Positions 8,101-16,217 of a stretch of DNA of 32,000 nt are shown in pieces. A program made the position numbers and the translations under genes. Location: IMG/VR virus record IMGVR_UViG_3300045988_161588, positions 97,338 to 129,337 of that record. The stretch is one strand, 5' to 3'. This stretch comes from a virus. The notes beneath the pieces were generated by a model. The model was not told the origin of the DNA. It was given only the letters and a program-made list of their open reading frames with translations, and did not search any database. The stretch's first letter is position 1; every line of letters begins with the position of its first letter.

Positions 8101-9702
8101 ATGTTATGCATCAGACCAAACAAAAACGAAAAGATGGTAAGAGACCAGAAGTTTCTTAAAACTCTTCTTGGTAAGTTGGATAGAGGTGAAATTAGAAGAG
8201 ACTTTTGGCTGCAGAGAAAATCTACTCAGTGGAATAATCAGATTCGTGACCAGGCAATTGTAACAACTGTACAGGGTGAAGATATTGATCCAGTAAAAAT
8301 CTGTGAAGAAATTCGAGAAGGCAAATCATCTCAAAAGTGGATTGTAGATGGTGGAAACAGATTTGAAACATGGAATAATTTCTATAATAATGTGTTTGCT
8401 CTTGGGAAAAATCTTGAAAATTACATTGTTCCATACGAGTCAACAAAAAAGGATGAAAACGGAAATGTAGTTAAAGATGAAGATGGCTATCCAATTATGG
8501 AAGAGCTTGAGTTTGATCTTCGTGGAAAACGCTATAAAGATCTTCCTATGGAGCTTAAGGAAAGATTTAATAACTACAAAGTAATTTATGTAGAGCATTC
8601 AAACTGTACAGAAAGTAGAATGGGGTATCATATTCGAAGATATAACAACCAGAAGAGTATGAATAAAAATCAGAAATCCGTTACATATATGGAGCAGACT
8701 GCAAAATGGACAAAGGAAATTATGAATTCCAATCCATTCTTTAAAGAGCTTCCGTGTTATCATGGAGCTTCTGAAAAGAACAGTGATCCAGAGAGAGTAA
8801 TGCTTGATACTGTAATGATTATCTTTTTTAAAGATGAATGGAAAAGTAATGCAGAGAAAAATGCTTTATATGTGGAAACAAATGGAGAAAAAGAGCAGTT
8901 TAATCTCCTTGATAACTATCTTGGAAGAATGTATGCATTAGTTGAAGACAACGATGAACTTTCAAAACTTTTTGAGAAAAAAGATGCGCCAATGTGGATT
9001 GCTTTATTCGATAAATTCTCAAAACTTGAAATGGATGATTCTAAGTTTAAAAAGTTTTTAGAGGCATTTGTTGGTGGGTTAAGAGAAACTAAAATTAATG
9101 GAGAATCTTTCGCTGAAATTAAGGGAAATAAATCTACAAAGAACAGAAATACAATCTTTGGAAAATTAGAGTATCTTGAATCTCTTATGATGGATTTCTT
9201 CTCTATTAATAAGGAAGATATTGTTGAATCTTTTGAGACAACTGACAGATTTGATGCATTTGCAACAAAATTTGAGAACACAGAGTTAATGGAAGCACTT
9301 GGAATCCCAATGGGAAGTGATATTGATCGCATTGCTGCACAGACACTTATGACAGTATGTGGAAAGACAGATTTTTCTGATAAGACAATTCAGGAATTTA
9401 TCACAGCTGACGAGTATACAGAAGACAATATTGAAGATGCAGATCTGTACCTGGATGAAGTGAACGAATGGAGTTTGGAGCTTCCAGCTGGTACTACACT
9501 TCTCAAGGCAAAATACGTTCCTGCAATGGTAGGATTCGTAAAATATACATATGATAACGATACAAATACAGATGCTCTTAATTGGTTTAAAGATTATGCT
9601 TTCCAGTGTACAAAACCAGAGAACGATGTTCAGAAACTTCTCAACGATATGAAGGAAGATTTTAATTCATATTTGACATACAAAGAAAATAAGACAGCGT
9701 AA
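8101..9702 (+). CDS. DUF262 (GmrSD/ParB-N-like) domain protein
   Basis: 533 aa; RGEIRRDFWLQRKSTQW...IVTTVQGEDIDPVKICEE...QKWIVDGGNRFETWNNFYNNVF follows the DUF262 pattern (RdxxWq...DGxqR). No HNH seen in the C-terminus. Confidence 0.65.
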   Translation: MLCIRPNKNEKMVRDQKFLKTLLGKLDRGEIRRDFWLQRKSTQWNNQIRDQAIVTTVQGEDIDPVKICEEIREGKSSQKWIVDGGNRFETWNNFYNNVFALGKNLENYIVPYESTKKDENGNVVKDEDGYPIMEELEFDLRGKRYKDLPMELKERFNNYKVIYVEHSNCTESRMGYHIRRYNNQKSMNKNQKSVTYMEQTAKWTKEIMNSNPFFKELPCYHGASEKNSDPERVMLDTVMIIFFKDEWKSNAEKNALYVETNGEKEQFNLLDNYLGRMYALVEDNDELSKLFEKKDAPMWIALFDKFSKLEMDDSKFKKFLEAFVGGLRETKINGESFAEIKGNKSTKNRNTIFGKLEYLESLMMDFFSINKEDIVESFETTDRFDAFATKFENTELMEALGIPMGSDIDRIAAQTLMTVCGKTDFSDKTIQEFITADEYTEDNIEDADLYLDEVNEWSLELPAGTTLLKAKYVPAMVGFVKYTYDNDTNTDALNWFKDYAFQCTKPENDVQKLLNDMKEDFNSYLTYKENKTA

Positions 9703-9707
9703 GGCAG

Positions 9708-9932
9708 GTGGTGATAAATATGGCTATATTTTGTAGACATCCAAAAAGTGTAATTGTCGCAAAATCTAACGTAATTCAGTTTGATCAAAGTGGATTTCCT
9801 ATGAGACTGGAGACTATGGAGTGTTTGGTTTGCGGCAAAAGATATTATGCTTGGAATTATATTAAGAAAAGTGAACTTGATGAACTGAGCACAGGAAAAT
9901 CTGTGCTCTGTAAATGGGAGAACGTGGAATGA
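9708..9932 (+). CDS. Small protein with putative zinc-binding cysteines
   Basis: MAIFCRHPKSV...METMECLVCGKRYY; likely ATG start downstream of the track start. Confidence 0.55.
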   Translation: MVINMAIFCRHPKSVIVAKSNVIQFDQSGFPMRLETMECLVCGKRYYAWNYIKKSELDELSTGKSVLCKWENVE

Positions 9933-9946
9933 TTTGAGGTGATTTT

Positions 9947-10357
9947 ATGATTATTATATGTCTATTGATTATTATATTATGTACAACATTTACACTTCTG
10001 GGAACTATAGATGATATAAGTAGTAAATGGGTATTCCCTATTTGTGTTATTGGATTTGCCATATCAATTGTAGGAATGATTATTTGTGTACCTGATATGA
10101 TAATTACACATTGTAATACAAATAAAAAAATTTATACAAAACAACTTGAATATGAATCACTTGTAAAACAATGTCAGACTGTTTCAAGTAATTATGAGGA
10201 CGTTTCAAAGGCAAACGTAATCCAAAAAGTATACGAATGGAACGTAGAAGTATATGATGAAAAATATTGGGGAAATAACATTTGGACAAATTGGTTTTTT
10301 AACAAAAAAGTCGTAGATTCATTAGAATATATTAATTTGGAAGATTATGGATTATAA
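9947..10357 (+). CDS. Membrane protein
   Basis: Two hydrophobic segments: MIIICLLIIILCTTFTLLG and WVFPICVIGFAISIVGMIICV. Confidence 0.65.
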   Translation: MIIICLLIIILCTTFTLLGTIDDISSKWVFPICVIGFAISIVGMIICVPDMIITHCNTNKKIYTKQLEYESLVKQCQTVSSNYEDVSKANVIQKVYEWNVEVYDEKYWGNNIWTNWFFNKKVVDSLEYINLEDYGL

Positions 10358-10374
10358 GATAAAAGGAGAATTTT

Positions 10375-10488
10375 ATGGCGGAGTGTTATGGATGTTCATA
10401 CACAGAAAAAGTACAACGGAAATTTGGAATAATAACACACTGTAATCTGGAGCCAACATATATGGGCGTAAGTTATTTTTGCCCTTAA
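10375..10488 (+). CDS. Small Cys-rich protein, possibly interrupted
   Basis: ATG 10375 after aaaggaga: MAECYGCSYTEKVQRKFGIITHCNLEPTYMGVSYFCP*. Coding-like sequence continues in the same frame after the TAA. Confidence 0.45.
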   Translation: MAECYGCSYTEKVQRKFGIITHCNLEPTYMGVSYFCP

Positions 10489-10605
10489 AAACATAAGAAT
10501 GAAGAAAATAGTTTATGTCCATTTATTTGCAAAGGAACCAGATTTCTTGGTGTTGATTATAGAAAATACGAAACAGATTTTTTAGAAGTGAAAGGATGAT
10601 TATTT

Positions 10606-11403
10606 ATGGGTAAATTTAAAATTGGAGATAAGGTAATTGTAACTGAACATAAGGATAATATGTTAAACCCAGGTGTTTGTTCTAAAGATGTTTTTAATTT
10701 AATTGGAACAATATGTGATGTACATTGTATTACCTGGCCTGATAAAAGTATATTTTATGGAGTTAAATTTAAAGAATATATTGATGGACATGACTGTGAT
10801 GGAAATTGTGAATACGGTTATGGACAGAATATAAATGAAAGATACTTAAAATTATACGATGAAAAGAAAAGCGAGGATAAAATTATGCAAAAAAAGAAAT
10901 ATGAAAAGAAACCTTTAGAGCAGCAGATTAAAGAGAAATACGAAAGTAAGAGAAACGTATTAAATGCAAGAATTGGATTTACAGATGGACACGAACAAAC
11001 TTTAGTTCCTAAAAAAGTTTATCATGATTCAATGACTAGCACAATTGTAATTGATTTTGGAGATAGCGTTGGAAAAATTAAAGCAAAACCAATTGCAGAT
11101 GATAAGTATGATCCAAGTGTAGCATTCAATATTATTACTGCAAAGGCAATTTATAAAAGGTTCAACTTTCCGTTTGAGTCTGATATGAGTTCTTTTGAAG
11201 CAAAAATAACTGCAAAATATTTATTACATAAAAATGCCGGTATTGCACTTGATAAATACGTAAAATATCTTAAAAATATGGTGCAGACATTTTTACAGGA
11301 GGATGCAGAATTAGAAAAGGCAGAACAGATTCGTAAAAATCAGAAAGCTAAAAACAGAATTCGAAAAGAAAGACAGAAACAGAAAAGACAGAATAGAAAA
11401 TGA
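10606..11403 (+). CDS. Hypothetical protein with basic C-terminus
   Basis: 265-aa ORF, MGKFKIGDKVIVTEHK.... Confidence 0.75.
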   Translation: MGKFKIGDKVIVTEHKDNMLNPGVCSKDVFNLIGTICDVHCITWPDKSIFYGVKFKEYIDGHDCDGNCEYGYGQNINERYLKLYDEKKSEDKIMQKKKYEKKPLEQQIKEKYESKRNVLNARIGFTDGHEQTLVPKKVYHDSMTSTIVIDFGDSVGKIKAKPIADDKYDPSVAFNIITAKAIYKRFNFPFESDMSSFEAKITAKYLLHKNAGIALDKYVKYLKNMVQTFLQEDAELEKAEQIRKNQKAKNRIRKERQKQKRQNRK

Positions 11404-11431
11404 GATTAAATTAAATATTAAATAAGAAGAG

Positions 11432-11469
11432 TAGAGTGTCAGGTAATAAACTTGGCACTCTATTTTTAT
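11432..11469 (+). terminator. Intrinsic terminator
   Basis: TAGAGTGTCA / TGGCACTCTA stem followed by TTTTTAT. Confidence 0.85.
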
Positions 11470-11488
11470 ATAAGGTAGGTGAGAATAT

Positions 11489-12163
11489 ATGGATTATATA
11501 ATTGGCAACGGAACACAATACTTAAATTGCGACAGTAACGGTAGATATCAGCTTTGTGGCAAGGGAATGGCAAAAATATTTACTGAAAAGGCAGCTAATG
11601 GATTTATAAAGCATACACCAAAGCAATTTAGAAAATATCATATGAAAATGTTTCCAGTGTGTGAAAAGTCTGAGTATGAGATTAAACAAGAGCAGATTTT
11701 GATGAAAGCAGAGAAACATGCTAAGAAAGCAGGTTATATTGTAAATGGAAATGAAAAAAAAGTAAAACAATCAAAAAAATACGATCCTGATGTATGGATA
11801 AAAAAATTAAAAAATTGTAATGGTATAAAAACTGAAGCCCAAGAAAGACTTGCTTATTTATATAAAAAATTAAGCATTATAGACCAGGCGCAAAATGTAA
11901 TGTTACATATAATTGAAAACAATAATCACCCAAGTGCATTTCAAGGATATGATGAAAGAATGGATATTTTAAAAATTCGAGATAAAAGGAGAGATGTGAA
12001 AAATGAACTAGAGGTTGTATTGGCTATAGTTCACAGTGATGTGTCTTCAAAGTTATGTAACCAAGTAGAAAATATGACAGAAGGGTTAATCAATCCAAAG
12101 AATATTGATAAAAAATATTCTAAAGAAGTATTAGATGAACTTATAAAGGAATTTGATAAATAG
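11489..12163 (+). CDS. Hypothetical protein
   Basis: 224-aa ORF. Confidence 0.7.
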   Translation: MDYIIGNGTQYLNCDSNGRYQLCGKGMAKIFTEKAANGFIKHTPKQFRKYHMKMFPVCEKSEYEIKQEQILMKAEKHAKKAGYIVNGNEKKVKQSKKYDPDVWIKKLKNCNGIKTEAQERLAYLYKKLSIIDQAQNVMLHIIENNNHPSAFQGYDERMDILKIRDKRRDVKNELEVVLAIVHSDVSSKLCNQVENMTEGLINPKNIDKKYSKEVLDELIKEFDK

Positions 12164-12174
12164 GAGTAAATTGT

Positions 12175-13302
12175 ATGAAAGCATTCAGAGAAGGCAGACG
12201 AAATTTTAAACCTGATGAAATCGTATATGTAATTGATGATAGTTTAGATTGTCAATGCGATATTAGCGATATTGGCGATATTATTCTGTATGGTAAAGTA
12301 TCAAGCTATTGTGGATATGGAGAATACTATATTGATTTATATACCCCAATTGAAAGTATATTTACAGATTATCTTATTACATTTTTAGATGATGACAGTA
12401 TAAGAAAAGCTTTTAGAGAAGGATTCTTAATACCACGTTCATCAATTAAAGATTGGAAAAAATTACATCCTAATATGCCTACAGGCATACATGTACATAA
12501 AGATAAAATATTTTATACAAGTAATGAAGCTTTGGATGAAATTAACAGACAAAAGAAAATAGCTGAAAAAATAAAAGAACGTCACAGCCACATGACTGAA
12601 GAAGAAATTTGTATGGAAGAAGATACTGATTATCTGAAAAGACGTGGTCTATCTAAAAGCGAAATTAAAAAATATGTTTCATTAGTAAAAACTGCAGACT
12701 ATCTTCCAGAGATTTATGATCTTTTAATAAGGGTACATGGAGATGAAGTCCAATGGAAAGATGAATCTGGATGGAAAACTCTTATGGAATTGAATAGACC
12801 TAAAAAAGTAGAAGAGGTTCATACAGAAAAATATTATATAAATGTATACCATATTTGTGACGCAGATAAAAAACCTATTCTAATAGGGTATACGAATTTG
12901 TCACCGGAATCTATATTTGAGATGTATGGTGATCCTAGAGAATATGTAATGAATATTGCAAATAAGCAATGGAAAATTGAAGACGCATTGACCACTCCAA
13001 TTAGATATAAAAATGAAATAACAAGAAATGAAAATGGAGAATTTGTTCCGTTATTTGTTACTCAGTATCAAATAGAAAAAGGAACATTTGAAATTGCGAA
13101 TGGAAAACTTAGAAATTTTGATATAAGTATTGATTCAAAACATTCTATAAATCAATTTTGGATTTCAGTATTATCCAATACATCATTAAATGACCAAGAG
13201 ATTCGTGAATGGTTTTCAAAAAAGATTAAAAATATGGTTGGTGATTTTTTTGAATTATTTCAAGAAGAAATTGAGAAGTTAGAAATAAGAAAAGATTTTT
13301 GA
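12175..13302 (+). CDS. Hypothetical protein
   Basis: 375-aa ORF, no recognised domain. Confidence 0.8.
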   Translation: MKAFREGRRNFKPDEIVYVIDDSLDCQCDISDIGDIILYGKVSSYCGYGEYYIDLYTPIESIFTDYLITFLDDDSIRKAFREGFLIPRSSIKDWKKLHPNMPTGIHVHKDKIFYTSNEALDEINRQKKIAEKIKERHSHMTEEEICMEEDTDYLKRRGLSKSEIKKYVSLVKTADYLPEIYDLLIRVHGDEVQWKDESGWKTLMELNRPKKVEEVHTEKYYINVYHICDADKKPILIGYTNLSPESIFEMYGDPREYVMNIANKQWKIEDALTTPIRYKNEITRNENGEFVPLFVTQYQIEKGTFEIANGKLRNFDISIDSKHSINQFWISVLSNTSLNDQEIREWFSKKIKNMVGDFFELFQEEIEKLEIRKDF

Positions 13303-13323
13303 AAGGTTAAATAAGGTGAAATT

Positions 13324-13620
13324 ATGTTTATTAGAACACAGGATGGAGATAAAATTATCAATCTAAATAACGTAACAAATGTTCATTTTGGAAGAATAAT
13401 TGATAACGGAAAACAGAAATATATATTGTACTTTGATAATTTTTCTGTGGGTGTATTCAAAAAACAGGAAGATGTTGAAAAAGTTCTAATGATGCTTGAA
13501 AGAAAAATTGGTGAAAGCTGCAAAGCACAAATTGTAGATGGTAATGGAGATGAACCACCTAAGATTATTTACTATGTAGATAGAATATTCAAGATTCCAG
13601 GAGAGGATGAATTGGTATGA
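13324..13620 (+). CDS. Hypothetical protein
   Basis: 98-aa ORF. Confidence 0.65.
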   Translation: MFIRTQDGDKIINLNNVTNVHFGRIIDNGKQKYILYFDNFSVGVFKKQEDVEKVLMMLERKIGESCKAQIVDGNGDEPPKIIYYVDRIFKIPGEDELV

Positions 13621-13919
13621 AGAAACAATTATCTGCAAAAGACAAAGCATTTGAAAAAGAAAGAGCTGAGTTCAGAAAGCAAATCAGAGAATTAAACCAT
13701 GAACTGAATTCAGTAAAAATTGAATTATACGACAAAATACATAGTATGCAAAGGAAACTTGATTCTAAAAATAATAAGATAAAAAATATGCAGATGGTAA
13801 TTGATGAGTTGAAAAGATGTGCAAAATTATCTGATGATGAATTGAAAACTTTATTAGAAGCAAGAGAATTTGATAAAAAGATATATGGTTTTTTTCTAAA
13901 ATATTTAAAGAAGGTTTGA
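13617..13919 (+). CDS. Coiled-coil hypothetical protein
   Basis: 100 aa, heptad-rich Lys/Glu/Leu; ATGA overlap. Confidence 0.65.
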   Translation: MKKQLSAKDKAFEKERAEFRKQIRELNHELNSVKIELYDKIHSMQRKLDSKNNKIKNMQMVIDELKRCAKLSDDELKTLLEAREFDKKIYGFFLKYLKKV

Positions 13920-13920
13920 T

Positions 13921-14085
13921 ATGAGAAAGAATAGAGCAATCGTGTACATAATGATATGGATCTGTTGCAGTATTGTTACCGCAATATCTGTAGCAGCTAC
14001 AAAGCAATATTGTTGTTTGACTACGATGGTAGTGCCGTTGGCATTTATATTAATGGATTATATGTTTTTTGGAGGTGGAAAATGA
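13921..14085 (+). CDS. Small membrane protein (54 aa)
   Basis: ATG 13921: MRKNRAIVYIMIWICCSIVTAISVAATKQYCCLTTMVVPLAFILMDYMFFGGGK*. Absent from the ORF track. Confidence 0.6.
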   Translation: MRKNRAIVYIMIWICCSIVTAISVAATKQYCCLTTMVVPLAFILMDYMFFGGGK

Positions 14086-14234
14086 GATCTATAGCATGTG
14101 CAATTATTAGTTTTGTTATTTTCTATATGGAAAATAATGTAAAAAGTACAGAAATAAAACTTAGGGCGATTTATTTAATTGCATCTCATATATTTTTGAT
14201 TGCTGCAATTATCTTAATGATGTTGGGAAGGTAG
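14082..14234 (+). CDS. Small membrane protein
   Basis: ATGA-coupled start after ggaggt (MRSIACAIISFVIFYMENN...AIYLIASHIFLIAAIILMMLGR); preferred over the track start at 13956. Confidence 0.6.
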   Translation: MRSIACAIISFVIFYMENNVKSTEIKLRAIYLIASHIFLIAAIILMMLGR

Positions 14235-14239
14235 AAAAG

Positions 14240-14452
14240 ATGAGATTGATTAGTTCTAAGGAAATTTGGTACGAAGAAGAATGTGTTGAATACAATAACG
14301 AAGAAGAGTATAAAGAAGATCTTAATAAAAGAAAACAAGATCGTTGGAAGCAGATGAAAATACCTGATTTTGAGAATGGAAAGATGAAACTACTTCAAAA
14401 AAAGACAAACAAAGGATTTTGTCAATTTTATAGAAAATATCATAGAATGTAG
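14240..14452 (+). CDS. Hypothetical protein
   Basis: 70-aa ORF. Confidence 0.5.
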   Translation: MRLISSKEIWYEEECVEYNNEEEYKEDLNKRKQDRWKQMKIPDFENGKMKLLQKKTNKGFCQFYRKYHRM

Positions 14453-14468
14453 ATCGGAGATAGATTGG

Positions 14469-14801
14469 ATGATTAGTTCGGTAAATATATGTATATCGTG
14501 TGGAAAAGAGATGCCAGCATTTTACAAAGGTTGCTCGAAAACTTATGATCCGAAGTTCCATAAAAATATTTATGTTTGTAGTAATAAGTGTAAAGAAAAA
14601 TGGGAAAACCAATATTTTGTAGAAAAATATAAAGGAAATAATATTTACTGTATTGATGGTAAATATGTTCCATATTTAGATTGCTCATACTATTTCACTA
14701 CATTAGAAGATTGTAAAAAGAGAATTGATAAACCACATATAGCTTATGTATCAAGAGAAGCATGGAGAACATTTATAAGAGAGGAGTTTGGTAGCGATTG
14801 A
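14469..14801 (+). CDS. Zinc-ribbon-like hypothetical protein
   Basis: CISCGKEMP...YVCSNKCKEKW. Confidence 0.65.
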   Translation: MISSVNICISCGKEMPAFYKGCSKTYDPKFHKNIYVCSNKCKEKWENQYFVEKYKGNNIYCIDGKYVPYLDCSYYFTTLEDCKKRIDKPHIAYVSREAWRTFIREEFGSD

Positions 14802-15364
14802 GAGATCCAAAGAGAATTGATAAATTTTGTGATGAAATTAAAAGAATATGGAAAGACAATGTTCCAGATTGGAGATTTGGGCAGCTGATAAGTAATTTTG
14901 AATACTGGCTTAAAGGTAAGGGAATTGATATGTTCTTTCCGGAAGAAAAAGAAATGCTTAGATTATTTAAAGAATTTCTTGGCGTAAATGATACAGGAAA
15001 TGAAAAAAAGATATGGGACGAAATGATGTTTTGTTCGCCACTTGATTTCAAAGATCTTGATGGAAATAAATATGACCAATGGCCAGAGGGTGTCATTTAT
15101 ACTCCTGGAATAAAATTAACTGGAATATTAAAAAAGAAAGCGAGAACAAATTATTGTGGAGTGACTACAAAAGATGCAAAAAAGATAATTGACAATATAT
15201 CTGATAAGCGAAAACAAAATGTAAAAGTTGTTATTGGAAATAGAGCAGAAGTCTGTGATGCAATTTTATATATTATCAAATCTAATTACGGATTAATTGT
15301 ATCTGTCGATGATGCTGAAGAAATTAAATTCTGTGAAGAACTTTTTGAAAAGGCAACAACTTAA
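14798..15364 (+). CDS. Conserved-looking hypothetical protein
   Basis: 188 aa; MRDPKRIDKFCDEIKRIWKDNVPDWRFGQLISNFEYW. Confidence 0.7.
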   Translation: MRDPKRIDKFCDEIKRIWKDNVPDWRFGQLISNFEYWLKGKGIDMFFPEEKEMLRLFKEFLGVNDTGNEKKIWDEMMFCSPLDFKDLDGNKYDQWPEGVIYTPGIKLTGILKKKARTNYCGVTTKDAKKIIDNISDKRKQNVKVVIGNRAEVCDAILYIIKSNYGLIVSVDDAEEIKFCEELFEKATT

Positions 15365-15411
15365 AATTGGAGTTTTATCGGGTGAATAATTTTATAAAAG
15401 GAGAATGGAAA

Positions 15412-15579
15412 ATGAGTAATTTAGTTATTAAAAAATATGATTGCCAAAAATGTGTAAAAGATAACTGGTGTGATTATAAGAAATATCAGGATAAATTTGA
15501 AAGCAATGTAGAAGAGCAGTTTAGAGATAAAAATGAGGTAATGTTTGAAATAAGCTGTAAGTTCTATGAAGAGGCATAA
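15412..15579 (+). CDS. Small Cys-containing hypothetical protein (55 aa)
   Basis: ATG 15412 preceded by ggagaatgg: MSNLVIKKYDCQKCVKDNWCDYKKYQDKFE.... Confidence 0.55.
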   Translation: MSNLVIKKYDCQKCVKDNWCDYKKYQDKFESNVEEQFRDKNEVMFEISCKFYEEA

Positions 15580-15673
15580 GTTGAATTTCTGGAATAAGTG
15601 ATAATGAAAAATGGAAGTAATGAATGTGAGGTGATGATAGATATGATTGATTGAGATTTAAATAAAAATGTTG

Positions 15674-15973
15674 TTTATTACAAAATATAAATTAATAGGT
15701 ATACAAAACGATAGGATTACAAAAGAGTATATCATTGATGTTTTGTAACCATGTAAATTAAGAGGTATACAAAACGGTCATACTGAAGAAGTAAATGAAA
15801 AATATGTTTTGTAACCATGTAAATTAAGAGGTATACAAAACCAGAGAGTTACCATCCTTTGCTTGTCCCTTGTTTTGTAACCATGTAAATTAAGAGGTAT
15901 ACAAAACACTGAGCTGGACAGGGCAGAACAGGAGCGAGTTTTGTAACCATGTAAATTAAGAGTTATACAAAAC
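15674..15973 (+). CRISPR. CRISPR array: one diverged plus four near-identical 36-nt repeats, four 30-nt spacers
   Basis: Repeat GTTTTGTAACCATGTAAATTAAGAGGTATACAAAAC. Copies: 15674-15709 (diverged, ~27/36 identical, 3' half conserved), 15740-15775, 15806-15841, 15872-15907, 15938-15973 (one G to T). Spacers: 15710-15739, 15776-15805, 15842-15871, 15908-15937, each 30 nt and mutually unrelated. 8-nt terminal inverted repeats GTTTTGTA/TACAAAAC. Confidence 0.95.
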
Positions 15974-16217
15974 CTCAAAGTATAGTTTTATACCTCTTAT
16001 TTTAAGGCACTTCTATGAAATAGACTAAGAGAAATCTACGTTATAAAAAGATAATATGTTATGGTGTCGCTCTAGCTGTAATTATATCGTTTGTACCTAA
16101 ACATACACTGTGCCGAACATGATTGGTGTAAGTGATACAAACATGTAACTTTTTATAACATTGTCGAAGAGCATGACCAATTTTAAATTGAGATTATATT
16201 ATAAAGGAAATAAAAAT
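15974..16217 (+). ncRNA. Putative omegaRNA/tracrRNA-like scaffold RNA of the IscB system
   Basis: ~245-nt non-coding gap between the last repeat and the nuclease ATG. Starts with anti-repeat GTTTTATACCTCTTATTTTAAGG (15985-16007). Further self-complementary segments: GTTTGTA/TACAAAC, GCTCT/AGAGC with GGT/ACC, and ATGTTAT/ATAACAT. Same position as omegaRNA relative to iscB. Confidence 0.75.

Noticed and set aside
8916-9332. Long minus-strand ORFs (8916-9332, 5989-6504, 4426-4755, 14773-15096 and others)
   Set aside because: Each lies antisense to a better-supported +-strand gene, with low-complexity composition and no RBS or domain evidence.
13956-14081. N-terminal part of the 13956-14234 ORF
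   Set aside because: It overlaps a better small membrane-protein ORF (13921-14085). ATG 14082 is coupled by an ATGA overlap and preceded by ggaggt.
15778-15978. Minus-strand ORF with repeated peptide FCIPLNLHGYKT
   Set aside because: It is the translated reverse complement of the CRISPR repeats. The 66-nt unit is a multiple of 3, so it stays open by chance.
16161-16217. N-terminal extension MSKSMTNFKLRLYYKGNKN of the IscB ORF
   Set aside because: The methionine at 16218 has a good RBS (aaagga) and starts right before the conserved PLMP-like region. The extension overlaps the structured RNA and probably begins at an alternative start codon with no clear RBS.
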